Assembly (NCBI GenBank): GCA_965649765.1
Contig: OZ287749.1
Coordinates: 7,502,001 to 7,566,000 of the forward strand
From: Bispira polyomma
Taxonomy: Eukaryota
Length of the DNA: 64,000 bases
Direction of reading: 5' to 3'
The position numbers and the translations under genes were made by a program. This document shows positions 38,517 through 51,550 of the stretch, one piece after another. Under the pieces are notes generated by a model. That model saw only the letters and a list, made by a program, of their open reading frames with translations. It did not search any database and was not told the origin of the DNA. Position 1 is the stretch's first letter. The number at the start of each line of letters is the position of its first letter.

Positions 38517-41500
38517 CCGCAGCCTGAGCCCCTCTGCCTGTTTGGGCAAGATTCCACCCTCATAGCCCACCTCAGTCCCCATAGGCCCCAGTATGAGGAT
38601 CGCTATAGTCCCCTGCCCACCCCAGCCCCGAGACAACTCAGTCCGTCACTCTCCTCCCCTGGATCCCAACGGCTAGTCTCCCCGAGAGAAAACATGGCCA
38701 GATCTCAGCAGGAAGTGGGAGAGAATGTCCCTGAGACCCTGCCACCTTTGGGTCATACAAGGCCATCTGGCTCAGTAGCGTCTCAGGATTCAGGCCTATT
38801 AGGCAGCAGATCGGTGATTGCACACTTCAGACCATCCTCTCTGTCACTGAGTCCACAGTCTGTATCCAGTGCCACCATCCATCATCAGTCCAGCTGTAAA
38901 CTAGACATCATCTTGGCTTCTCCAAGGTCAGGGTGGAACAGGACCAGCACAGGTTCAGATGACCAGGTCTTTAGGTACAGCGACGACTTCCAATCAGAGT
39001 TCTCTTATGGCTTACCAAGGTCAGGGATGAAAATAGACCCTCAGAACGTGGACTTTGCAAAGAGTTTACACCAGGAGTTGCTCAAACTCCCAAGACGAGT
39101 TGAGAACCCCCGTTCAGCACCTTCATCCCCAACGCTTCAACGCAGACGAGCTTTATGTAGTACAGAGGATGTTCACTACCTGAGCAGTGGCCACAGAATC
39201 AAAAGCTACGAGTTTGGCGACAGTTCCTCCCTGTGTCATGGCAGACTGACTGGGGAGAAGTATTTTACGTACCCAGAAAGGTCTAGTAGTATGGAAGATT
39301 TGAACCCGCAAAGAAGAGTATTGAGCTGGTTGAATCTATCAGAGAATTACAACATACCTCCCCCTTCACCTGTACCTGAACATATACAGAAGATATTCAA
39401 TAGCCAGTGGGAGTTTAAGTCCACCACACCAGGTAAAAAGCCCTTAGAACATGCACCTGGTATACAGGCACACAGTATCAATGCAGTGGATATTCCAGGT
39501 GATACTTTAGATAACAATAATAGCACAGTTGAAGCAAGTCTACAAAACAAACCAGTGGGTGGAATGGAATCCCATGCATTTGATGCATCCTGTCTCAGTG
39601 TTGTTATCCCTGGAGAAGGTATGCTCTCAAGCCTAGATCCAAGCAGTAACTATACCTCACTACAAGAGTCTCATATTAAGGGCATACCTGTCTCACCTGC
39701 TTCAAGGCACACCTCAAATATAGCTACTGCTCAGCCGCAATATGCGATACTGCACAGTCCTTGTGATTCTTTAAGATCGATGTCTTCCTCCTCAGAATCG
39801 GATGTGTTAGAAGGGGGCAAGTCTAGAAGACATAGAAAGCTTATGAGCATACAGCTGGGTGAAGTCGTCACAAACAGGATCATTGAAACTGTAGAGGAGG
39901 TGATCTTGTCCATCGCAGAACCCAAAACAGGGGATGTTCAAGTAGAGTCTGTCAGTGAAGTTATAGAAGAGGTGAGAGGTGAAGAAGGTAAAGTAAGTCA
40001 AATACAAGGGGTGAACACCTCAGACCTGTTGCCTTATACCACAGAGGAAGAAGAAGTAGGTAATGTACATCTAGGGAGTACAAAGCTCTATGCAACTGAA
40101 CATATTGAAGAAAGTTTGATAGCAGAAAAGGAAGGCTTTAACCGCATTAACCTAGAAGTCAGGGTAGATGAACATGGTGGTGGGAATGAAGAATTGGCAG
40201 ATCTGAATATAGATGCCCTCAAGTCTGAAAAAACAAGACAAAGGAGCAAAGATGATATGGATACTGTACCAGGTGAAACATCTGACAGAAATGTTTCTGA
40301 GGATCTGGACATACATGTAGTTACAAATTGCTCCGATGGAGGGGAAGGAAAAAGTACAGATGAACTGGTAGGACAAGATCAGGAGGACAATAGTCTGGTC
40401 AGGAAAAATGGACAAATATTCCTAGATGAAGAACAGTTCCAAGTTGTGGAGTCAACCAAGAAAGATGAAGGTGAACCACCTGCTGTTAGAGACAGATTAC
40501 CAAGTACTGAAAGGTATGAGGAGCTTCTAGTTCTGGGGAAAAGCAGTAAAACTGTGACTGTTAATGCAAAGACTTTACATAGGGATGTCAAAATTATAGA
40601 AACATCAAGGGATGACTTCCAAATGCAAAATACAGTTAATGATAATACCAAAATTATTGGTAGCCAACAAGGTAGGAAGTCAGTGGGGACCATAAGTGAG
40701 AACCAAAAGTCAGATGCAGAAGATGTCAGTAAAGGTGGACAGAGTGAACATGATGAGGTCCAAAGTACAAGTAGTTCAAGAGATGTGAATTTGCAAAGGG
40801 ATAGGAAAACTCTTGAAGCACAAGATGTCAGTGATAATCTGACACAGTATGGAGAGAGTCAGGGTAAAGAACTGCCTGATATTGGAGGTACATCTTTGAG
40901 TACAGCTTCTAGTTACAAAGAAGGTACTGATATCTTGAAGGCAGGGAAAATAGCAGAAATCACTAAAATAGATGAATCTGGTAAAACAGATGTGGCTCTT
41001 GGTGAAATGAGTCTAACATTAGTTACAGCTGGAATTCAGGGAATTGGTAAAGAAATGGGCAAGACTGAACTAAAGAGTACAGAGAGATTTGAAGAGAAGA
41101 TAGTTCTAGTGATGGACAGAAGAAGGAAACGGATAAGACTGCCTTCAGGAAAAAGGTGGACAAGAAAAACTCAACTCTCAGAAATGTCTGTCAGGGTCAC
41201 GGAGGAAGTAGTTGAGCAGGAAAAAGAGGTACCTGATGTCAAGGCTGAACTGAAAGGAACAACAGAGAGTGATAGTATGGTTAAGTCAAAACATGGCATA
41301 GGGTTTGTTGATAGCCTGGTTACCAGTATATCAAATGGTAAAGGAAATGATATAAAGGAAGACACCATTGGAAGTGGTGAACCATCTGCTACTAATGTCA
41401 GCCCAGATACCCATAAAAAGGAAGAGTCTGACAATGACCAGTTGAAGCTGGATGTCTCTGTAGCAGATAGGGATACTGGAACGGATGCATCAACAGAAAA

Positions 41501-43901
41501 TAATGCTGTAGAAGTCACAGTTGATCAAACTGGGCTGAAAATTACTGAAATATTAGAAGATGAGACAGTTGAGGTAATAGATATTGGAGAATTTGATGCA
41601 GACATAATATTTCCTGTTGGGCATGATAACGGCATTAGTGAGGTTGTTGATGAAGATGCCAAAAACATGGCAGATGACAAAGATCCAGTGTCCAGTAATG
41701 CTATAGAGAATATAGAGGCACAAGATGGACAAAACGCTAATGATGTAAAAGATGAGGTATCTGCTATGAAAGGTAGAGATAGTGAAGACGATGAGTCCTT
41801 GGGTACAAAGGAAGGAGAGATCCTTCAGGCAGGAGGTTTAGGAAGCCCAGACAATGTGGGACAGAGTCTCCCTGGTGACATGGTAAGTCAGGAGAGCATA
41901 GAATCCAGGATTTTAGTCCCAAATGCAACACCACAGGGTTTAGAAGAGACTGGCACAACAGATATGACTGAAGGTGTATCAAAAGCTGAAGGGCCTATAT
42001 ATAGAGAGCCGGATACGATAAGCAAAGATATGGAGGATATTGTTGATACAATTGCTGAACTCAGTATTAAGGAGCAAGAGACTGGGTCACTTATTAGTGG
42101 AAGCTCAGTGGATGGGGTAACTGGTCAAGGGTCACCTGTACCTGAATTAAGTTTTACTATGAAAAAGGAAATGGGTGATGCTTCCCTAGATGAACCATCA
42201 GTAGAAGCCACTAGAGTGGATGATAGTGTCATTGCGTGCACCACAGAGGATACCCTAGTAGTTACCCTAGACAACCAAGATGGTCAGGGATCACCTGTAT
42301 CTGATTTGAGTTTAGCTATGATAAAGGAAATGGATGAAACTTCCCCAGATGAACCATCAGTAGAAGACATTGGAGTGGATGATAGTGTCATTGCATGCAC
42401 CACAGAGGATACCCCAGTGGGATCAGATGTACCTGATTTAAGTGTGACTCTGATGAAGGACATGAATGATACTTCCCCAGATAAACCATCAGTAGAAGAC
42501 ATTGGAGTGGATAATAGTGTTATTAAGCCCACTACAGAGGATACCCCAGTGGTTACCTATGACAACCAAGATGGTGAGGGATCACATGTACCTGACTTGA
42601 GTTTGACTCTGATAAAGGAAATGGATGATACTTCTTTAAGTCAGCCCTCAGTAGAAGACATTGGAATGGATGATAGTGTCATTGCTTGCACCACAGAGGA
42701 TACCCCAGTGGTTACCTATAACAACCAAAATGGTAAGCGATCACATGTACCTGATTTGACTTTGACTCTGATAAAGGAAATGGATGATAATTCTGTAAGT
42801 CAGCCCTCAGTAGAAGACATTGGAGTAGATGTCTGTGTCAGTGAGAGTATTACAGAGGATACCCCAGTGGTTACCCCTGAAAACCAGGATGTACCTAAAT
42901 TGATTGGGGAATTGGTGAATGAAATGGGTGATACTTCTCAAGATAAACTATCAGCAGAAGGTGCTGGAGTAGACATTGGTGTCAGTGAGTGCAATACAGA
43001 GGATAGTCTAGTTGTTGCGTCTGACAACCAGGATGGTCAAGAATCCTCTGTCCCTGAAATTGATGGTACTTCTCTAGATAAACCATCAGTAGAAAATACT
43101 GGAGTAGACACGGGTGTCTTTGAGTGTATTATAGAGGATATCCCAGTGATTACCCTTGACAACACAGATGCTACTCGGTCAGTGTTACATGATGGCAGAG
43201 AAGTGATTCGGGATAGCCCTGTACCAGTTGACCAAAAAGAGGCAAAACCTGAACAACGGCAGGCAGTAGGGTCGATGGATATGGAAGATGGTAGACCTAG
43301 TCAATCAGTGTTACATGATGGCAGAGAAACATCTTTGGATATCCGAATACCAGTTGACCATAAAGAGCCTGATCTACCAGAGGTGGTAGGGTCGGTAGAT
43401 AAGGGCAATGGTAGACCTACTCAGTTGGTTTTAACTGATGGTAGAAAAACATCTCTGGATACCTCAATATCAGTTGACCATAAGGAGCCTGAACTACCGC
43501 AGGTGGTAGGGTCGGAAGTATTAGAAGATATACCTACTCAGTCAGTGTTACATAATGATAGAGAAGAGATTCTTGATAGTCCTGCATCAGATGGCCATAT
43601 AGATCCAAAGCCTGAACAACTGCAAGTGGTTGGGTCGGTGGATGTTGCAGATGGTACACCTGATGGCAGAGAAACATCTCTGGATAGCCCTGTACCAGTT
43701 GACCACAAAGAGTCTGAACTACCGCAGGTGGTAGGATCGGTAGATGTAGCAGATGGTAGACCTACTCAGTCAGCGTTACGAGATGGTAGAGAAACATGTC
43801 TGGATACCTCAATACCAGTTGACCACAAAGAGACTGATTTACCGGAGGTGGTAGGGTCAGTGGATGCAGCAGATGAGAGCCCCTCACCAGACACCAAGGA
43901 G
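38517..43901 (+). CDS. SYNE1: Giant (5385 nt, 1795 aa) low-complexity, mostly acidic exon; cassette 38517-43901, or terminal exon reading to TAG 44006
   Basis: TTACAG acceptor in phase 0 with the 1839-codon ORF; GAG|GTGATA phase-0 donor at 43902; both flanking exons are phase 0. Confidence 0.75.
42123..43160 (+). repeat. Coding ~159-nt (53-aa) tandem repeat in the giant exon, about 6-7 degenerate copies
   Basis: GQGSPVPDLSLTxxKEMDDTSxDEPSVEDIGVDDSVIACTTEDTPVVTxDNQD units; first two start at 42123 and 42282. Confidence 0.85.
43170..43875 (+). repeat. Coding ~120-nt (40-aa) tandem repeat in the giant exon, about 6 copies
   Basis: PTQSVLHDGRETSLDxxxPVDHKEPELPQVVGSVDxxDGR units. Confidence 0.85.
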
Positions 43902-43924
43902 GTGATACACTATGTTAGTGCTAA

Positions 43925-44584
43925 GCATGCAGGCATGGAGGAGGTGGACTGTGTTTACCTTGTGGAGGGAGGTTTAGTGGCTGCTGCTTTTGTTGAAACG
44001 GCCTAGCATGTTTGGCTGGCATGGGCTGATGCAGTATTAAGACGTTAATCCTGTGTGTTTTCTAGCTTTGGTGAGAGCATAAGAATCCCTCTTTTGGTGG
44101 TGAAGCTTTGGAATGCTATAGTCTCTCATTACCATGCAGACCTCTAACATTCCTGCAGTTTATGCCTATATACTCCCACTCTTACAAGTGTTTGTCCAGG
44201 TTTTTATCAAAATGCAATACATGTTTTTTGAGATGCAAGTTTTCTTAAACTACACTGGTAATACAGTTTTGGTATGCAATATTTGGACCCTGAGTAGTTG
44301 AAATAATGCATGTGATAAAAAATACATGGACAAACATTTTGGGATAGTATTAAAACCTTTTGACTTTTTCAGGATAAGGAAACTCCCTGTTCATTACCAT
44401 TTTAAGCAATACCTTTATAATGCATGGGTGCATGTTGTATAGATAGTCTTATATTAAAATGTTCTACAGTGATTTTAACTAATGGTTTTAAGAAGCTTTT
44501 TCATGTTTGGGGGATTGTGGCTCTTATTGTTTTGTTATATATTTTATATGGTCATGTATTTTCTTTTTAGGGTTGTGGTGCATG
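43925..44584 (+). promoter_or_regulatory. Cluster of (T)GCATG Rbfox-type splicing elements downstream of the giant-exon donor
   Basis: GCATG at 43925, 43933, 44006, 44019; TGCATG at 44307, 44421, 44429, 44579. Confidence 0.55.
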
Positions 44585-44921
44585 AATATTAAACGTTTAG
44601 ACTTGTTCTAATGTACATTCCTCAATGGTCACCTCTGTATTAGTTTGACAGTGTCTCCAGCGCTGTCTTATAATAATCAATAGTTAATCTGAACACCCTG
44701 GCAGAGAATTTATTTGGATAATGAAATGTTTATAAATTAGAAGAATAATTTTAGTATAAGAAAATCGGCAAAATATCATTTTAGGAGAATGAAATTAAAG
44801 TCATGAAATCTAATATTAATGCAATACAAAATTGTTTCTATTGTAACAGCAGTTGACAGTGGCTGGTAAAGTTTAATATAGTTCCTTGTAAAGAAAATTA
44901 AGGTGGTACCAGAAATCACTC

Positions 44922-45773
44922 AGGGGTGGTATTCCAAAAAGGGCTAAGGCATGACTGTCTTACATCTAGTATACATTTGTGCTAGATTTAAGACAAAGTG
45001 AATACCACACCAGACTTACAAAGTGCTCGAGTACTAAAGTACTCAACCTTAGAAAACATTTATATTTTCTCTGAAGGAAAATAAATGTCTTTTTCTTGAT
45101 GCCGGGTGACCATTAAGTGGTGTCCAATGTGTTTTTATCTTCTGTATTGTGTTTATAAAAAACTCTACATCTTATTTATTATTTCTGTCCCCCCATCTCT
45201 GCATGGACTCCCACTGTTTGTCTGCTGTTTTGTCTGGTGAGCATATACCCAGCTAGCTTTGCCGTTTTGATGTTTGCTGTGGTGTGTATTTTGTGTGTTG
45301 CTAATTCCTTTGCTGTTCTCCCCCATTATTTTCTTGTAAATATGAGACTAAAACCTGTTATGAACATGGCCTCGGGTGTGGTATTCATGAACGAGCTGAG
45401 CCAAGTTTTGGCTTAAATCCAGTATACCTTTTGTCCTAGCTTTAAGCTAAGACTTGCCTAATTCTGTTAGTGAATACAGGCCTGGCGGCGGTATTCACAA
45501 GAAGGCAAAGCCAAGACTTTGTCTTAGGTCTAGTATACTTTCAGGCTAGATTTAAGACAATATCTAGACTTTGGCTCATTTATAAATACCGTCCCATGTC
45601 TACGGTGTTGTGGTTGTTATGACTCATCTTTAAACTTTATTGTTTGGGGATTAAAAATCTTAGGCGGTATTCACAAAAGGACTACAAGTCTAGACATTGT
45701 CTTAAATCTAGCACAAAAATATACTAGATCTAAGACAAAGTCTTGGCTTAGCCCTTTTCTGAATACTGCCACC
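44922..45773. mobile_element. Cluster of four MITE family 2 copies (~44922, 45374, 45484, 45663)
   Basis: Repeated GGTATTCAC/GTGAATAC ends with shared palindromic core. Confidence 0.7.
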
Positions 45774-48396
45774 GTAGCTCTTTAAACTTCTATATTTTTT
45801 TGTTTGTAATTGTATTCACTTGCCTTAAGACTTCTTGAATTTGGTATTTTAACCATTAAACCAAAACTTTGCAATAACCTTGCCTTTTAAATACAAGCAG
45901 TCTGTAAGTCCACACCTCCACAAGTATCATCTGGCGATGTATGATTGTAGGATTTGAGATAAAAACTTGTGGTTTGTGTCTCCACAGGTGCAATTTGAAA
46001 CAGGGATTACATTATTGGTACTACAATTCAATTTGGATTTAATATTGTCATGACATCACTTCTGTGCGATTTTTCTGTGGGATGCGAAATTTTCCGCTCC
46101 AGGAGTGAAAACTTTTATCGTGATCGCAAATAGTACAGTGGATTTATGTTTTTGTTTAAGAGAGTTGTATATATTTTTATAAAGAGGAAACAAATTGCAA
46201 ATCATGGTTCAGCAACGATGTTACTTGTGGAGATGTGGGGTTACACCCTAAAAAGCTTTGCAATAACTTTGCCTTCTTAAATACAAGCAGTCTCTTGTGA
46301 TATTTACAACCCAAAACTTCTGTATACTCGTCTGTATAGTTCAAATTGTGAGACAATTAACAACAAAGTCTTTTATTTTTTCCACCTCTGTCTTAACAAT
46401 GAGCTGTTTATTTTACAAGTTATATATTAACTTTTAATAACAAAACTTACAATTAACTGAATTACACTGCCTGTATATTTCATTATATCTCATAGAGGTG
46501 CTTGTTAAATTCTTTGAACCTATAAACGCTATGCACGGCAGTGATAATATTCAAGGGTTTTAGACCTAACACTATGCACTTGAGTTGTTAACGATCAAAC
46601 TATGCCATTAATTTGACGTATTGAAACCCTCTGCTATGATAAAGGAGCCAAAACTTTGTGGCAGATAAGATAAATAAGAGCTCATTACACTTTGTTCTTG
46701 ACAAGATCTAGGTATTTTATCAGACTAATTTGTAGAGATATCCAGATCATAGGTACATCTTAATTCAAATTCCGGTAGTAGTAAATGTAAATCAAGTGAT
46801 AAGCAGTTTTTTGTATGACACTGTAATATGTCAACAAGTAGAAAAACCTCTCTTAATTTGTGGCTTTGCTGTATGTATTATATCTGTGCAGTGATATAAA
46901 GTCCCTGATAACCAAAACCACTACAATGTACGTACAATGCTAATTCAACAAAGAAAGTTATGCAGTGTAGTTAATAGTACATAATATGAAGAAAGTTGTA
47001 CATTGTAGACCCGGGCCATAGTCACAAATGGTCTTAGCCTTAACCTTAAAATTTATGTAAAAATGTTTAAGACTACCTACTGTTAGTCTTAGTGTTAAGT
47101 GCAAATTTAAGACTCGAGAGAGATATTTTCTTACTATCATTGGGACTAAGACAAAAATCTTCCAAATTCAAAGACAAAAATCTTAAACTTAAGACCAAGT
47201 TTAGACTAACACTTTTTAAGAATACGGTCCATTGTTTATAAAAATCTCTGTTGTTCCATCAAACTAATGAGTACTATGAACTACATGTTACAGTTTAGAA
47301 GATGCCTAACATCAATATTGCACTTTAAAATTAGTGGGTACGTAAATCTTATAAATGGCAAAATTAGTTTAATATCACCTGAAGTCAGGACGTATCGTTT
47401 ACCAAGGAATGGAAAAATCTGCCCCATTAAAAAAATAAAACCAAAAGTGTGAACCGCTAAATTGATTACAAGTAACAACTGACTTAAACTGGTTCATCAT
47501 TGATTAATTAAAGGGTATTAACTTAAAAATGCCATTAAAATTGTTGTATAGGTTAAAATATGTACCATTTACAGCATCACTATGTTTGTGGTGTACATCG
47601 ATATCGGTCCCCAAAATCCCAAACAATTAAATATTAGCGATATTGATAAACAATTTAACCACTTGAAAATCCAAAAATACAAAACAATAATTTTCTATTA
47701 AGTTTCTTTAACATTTACTCGACCATTAAGTGCTGTTAGATTTTTGTATTCCTCACAAACTTGTTTTCTGTTGCTATACATGTATAACCAGCTCTCAACT
47801 TCCTCATATCTCCCCCGCTTTCCTTGTTATTACACTTTTTGCATTTTTTCCCTTTGTAAGTGTGTGTTAAACTGTGTTCACTTATTTCTTATTGCTTTGT
47901 AGTCAATATATATTTTTATATTATTCCAAAGATAACTTGGTATTTCTTGTTTTATTCTTTTATGTTAATTGGGAGACTAATTTCCTTTTTGTTGTTCTGT
48001 AACCTGAGCATGTTATATTATTAATTTCCAGACATTATATTAAAATTTGAAATGTCTCAGTAAACAGAACATCCAAAAATATGCATTTTTGTTTTTCCTA
48101 TTGTCCTGTTAAGACATATCATTAAATGTATTTTTATATCTTGACGGAATTGACAATTTAAATTTAAATCTAATGTCAATAAGATAAAGTCAAAAACTGC
48201 CCATCAAGCCCCTTCAGAGGGAAACTTGAAACTGTCTTCATAGGCATAAGGTAAGAGGTGCTGATAGACAGTAACACATACAGGACATGCATTCTTGTAG
48301 GGTATCTTTATGTGGGGGTCTTTATAGAAATATTCATGTGTAATACAGGTGGTCTCTTGATCAGGATTTAAAGCTCATTTGAAAAAGGCTGAGATC

Positions 48397-48612
48397 GGCC
48401 TCAGTGGCGTAGAGGTAACACTCTCGCCTCCCACATTTGCAATCTTAGGTTCAAATTTCGGGTCCTGGCTTGTCTGTGGGAAAGTTGGCAGTAGATTAAG
48501 TGCTGAATGCCACTGGTTTGCAGTTGCAGAAATCTTGACCAAGTACCCTGTTCAGTATTAATAAAATATTATCTTGTTTAGAGCAACGTTGAATGGTAGA
48601 ACCCCTAAATAA
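48397..48612 (+). mobile_element. Old tRNA-derived SINE (third family)
   Basis: A-box-like GTGGCGTAGAGG, B-box-like GGTTCAAAT, TGTGGGAAAG core as in family A. Confidence 0.45.
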
Positions 48613-48665
48613 AGTATGACTAAAAGGAGAGATTTTGATCTTTGTTTTCTGTGCGTCTTTTTCAG

Positions 48666-48821
48666 CTTGTTACTGATGTCAAACATCAGCTGGAGGAAGC
48701 GAGACGTCTGGCCGAGCAGGAACAGAGCGAGTTTGACGATCTGTGTGAGTGGATGAATGATGCACTCAATACACTGACCATAGTGGACAGGCCAGTGGAG
48801 GACAGAGACCAGGAGTATCAG
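48666..48821 (+). CDS. SYNE1: Rod exon LVTDVKHQLEEARRLAE...RDQEYQ
   Basis: TTTTCAG / GTAACT, phase 0-0. Confidence 0.9.
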
Positions 48822-49385
48822 GTAACTGGCCCTGTGACTGACCATATAGTGGACATACCTCAATACACTGACTATATAGTGGACAGACCTCCATACACTG
48901 ACCATAGTGGATAGGCCAGTGGAGGACAGAGACCAGGAGTATCAGGTAACTGGCCCTGTGACTGACCATATAGTGGACATACCTCAATACACTGATCATA
49001 TAGTGGACAGACCTCCATACACTGACCATATAGTGGTCATACCTCAATACACTGACCATATAGTGGTCAGACCTCCATACACTGACCATATAGTGGACAT
49101 ACCTCCATACACTGACCATATAGTGGACATACCTCAATACACTGACCATATAGTGGACAGAGCTCAATACACTGACCATATAGTGGACAGACCTCAATAC
49201 ACTGACTATATAGTGGACAAACCTCAATACACTGACCATATAATGGACAGAGCTTAATACACTCACCATATAGTGATATAGTGGACAGAGCTCAATACAC
49301 TGACCATATAGTGGACAGACCTCCATACAATGACCATATAGTGGACAAACCTCTATACACTGACCACATAGTGGATAGGTCAGTA
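48766..49385 (+). repeat. 124-bp duplication of exon end + donor, plus a 30-bp minisatellite derived from exon sequence
   Basis: Identical GAGTATCAG|GTAACTGGCCC at 48822 and 48946; unit ACTGACCATATAGTGGACAGACCTCAATAC. Confidence 0.92.
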
Positions 49386-49707
49386 GATGACAGGGATGAA
49401 AAGTACCAGATAATGAGGGGGAGTGTATGGTCATGAGGGTGTTTAACTTAGTAATGTGTGGGTGTACTAACTAGAGGTGGGTATAAATAACAAATAAAAC
49501 CAAGTGGTGGGTGCCAAATAGGGCCCAAAACAGTTCTATGTTTTAGCTACTAGCGATGTAAAATTTTCTTTAAGATTTGCAGAAAAATGGATTAGATCAA
49601 GATTTTAGGTTAATTAAAATACTGACTATAATAAAAGGCCAATGTTTTCAATAGGTGATGCGTTTTATCCCACACACTTGTACATTATACACCTGATGTA
49701 TTTGTAG

Positions 49708-49854
49708 CAATTCCAGACATTCCGAGAGGATTGTTTGGTCCACAAAGATGTGTACAGCAGATTCAAACACAAAGCAGACACCAAGACTTTCCTCATTATC
49801 ACAGAAGATCGCTGGACCTTCCTCAGTCAGATGTGGGGGACTGTCACTGACAAG
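49708..49854 (+). CDS. SYNE1: Spectrin-repeat exon QFQTFREDCL...QMWGTVTDK
   Basis: TTGTAG / GTGAGG, phase 0-0. Confidence 0.9.
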
Positions 49855-50397
49855 GTGAGGGGACCTAACGGAAATAAGGGGGAAGTGTTGAAGAAAAGAG
49901 CTTCTTTGTTCTGCATTGTTGTAAGTCGAGGGATCGGCAAAGTAGTAACAAAATATCATGGGCGGGGTATTTTCATATAGTTGTGTATGTGTTGAAAATA
50001 GGATTGATTGTTAGGTAGTGGATAAAATCCTTATTGATAACTAACAATAGTCATTGCTTGGGCTCTTAAGCTACAATATTAATGTGTTGTAGGTACATAT
50101 CAGGGTCGTAAATTAGACATATTTTATGTTTGGGCAGGACTTAGAGCACAAATTAGCAGTTGTATCGTTCCCGCCATAATAAATCAATTTGACATTGGTT
50201 TTACTTGTGAATCAAAATTTAGCACTTTAGGTTTGAAAACTAGTTGGGTTTTACGTAGCTTTGAACAGCTACGGTCATATCACAATCACCAGAATGAATA
50301 AAATATGCATTGGATATTGACAGTTATTCCAACTTTATAAAACATTGTTGATTCATAAAAGGACACTTTGGGCACATTTTCTGTTTCAAATTTCCAG

Positions 50398-50562
50398 ACG
50401 CGGTTATGGCAGTGGAAGCTGGACAGTAATCTACCGGGACGATTGGGTCAGATTGGTGACTGGCTTAACCGGGCGGAAGAGATGGTGGATAATGAAGTGG
50501 ACTACGCACAGCAACACGAAGACACAGTGCAAAATATACGACATAGGGTGGAGGAACACAAG
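50398..50562 (+). CDS. SYNE1: Spectrin-repeat exon TRLWQWKLDSNLPGRLGQIGDWLNRAEE...VEEHK
   Basis: TTCCAG / GTGAGT, phase 0-0; nesprin-type LDxxLPxxLGxIGxWL motif. Confidence 0.94.
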
Positions 50563-51335
50563 GTGAGTGTAAGATATAGGGCACAGGGTGGAGGGATATA
50601 AGGTGAGTGTAAAATATAGGGCATATGGCGGAGGGATATAAGGTAAGTGTAAAATATAGGGCAGAGGGTGAAGGGATAAAAGGTGAGTGTAAAATATAGG
50701 GTAGAGGGATACAAGATTGGAATAAAATATAGGTCATAGGGTAGATGGATACAAAATTAGTGTAAAATAAAGGTATTAGTGCGAAGGGATACAAAGTAAG
50801 CCAAAGGTATATGCACAGAAACCCGAAGACATGGTGCAGAAAATATGATACAGAGTAGAAGAACGCAAGGTGAGTGTAAAATGTAGGGCAGAGAGATATA
50901 AGGATGTATAAAATATAGGTCGTAGGCTGGAGGAATACAAGGTTAAAATCAAATACAAGTCATAGGGTAAAGGGATACAAATTTACTGTAAAATATATGG
51001 TGGATGGATGTTAGGATAGTGTAAAAAGTAGGTCATATGGGGGAGGGATACAAGGTTAGTATAAAAAGTAGGTCATAGGGTGGAGGGATATAAGAACGGT
51101 GTAAAATATAGGTCAGAGGGTGGAAGGATATTAAATATAGTGTAAAAAATAGACCATAGGGTGGAGGACTACAAGATTAGTGTAAAATACAGGTCATTTG
51201 GTGGAGGATATATGAACAGTGTAACATAGGTCAGAGGGAGAAGGAATATTAGTATGGTGTAAAAAGTAGACCATAGAGAGTAGGAATGAAAGAATAATGT
51301 ATAAAACATAGGAAATAAGTTGGAGGAATACATTG
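50531..51335 (+). repeat. 40-bp degenerate array spanning donor 50563
   Basis: AAG|GTRAGTGT at 50563, 50603, 50643, 50683; longer exon-end copy near 50813-50880. Confidence 0.9.
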
Positions 51336-51550
51336 TTACTGTCGCACAATGTGCCAAGTTGAAGACATGACATGATTCTTCCATGTGAAAATACTTAAAA
51401 AGAAACAGTTAAATTAGGTTACAATAATATAAAATTAATGTTGTACTAGTTTAGGTGGCGTAATAGAATAGTTCAGTTTTAATAATAGGAAAGAATAAAA
51501 CTTTTTTTTCTTTTTTCAAGGAGTTTTCATGTACGTTTGTCTATTTTCAG

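Noticed and set aside
43940-44006. C-terminal transmembrane/KASH-like anchor at the end of the 1839-aa ORF
   Set aside because: Hydrophobic stretch is short and interrupted by Glu; no PPPX terminus
45864-46293. ~40-bp direct repeats about 390 nt apart (similar pair at ~35420 and ~35655) as LTRs
   Set aside because: No TG...CA ends, primer-binding site or coding remnants; likely simple local duplications
48766-49434. 222-aa minus-strand and 116-aa plus-strand repeat ORFs
   Set aside because: Translations of the 30-bp intronic minisatellite
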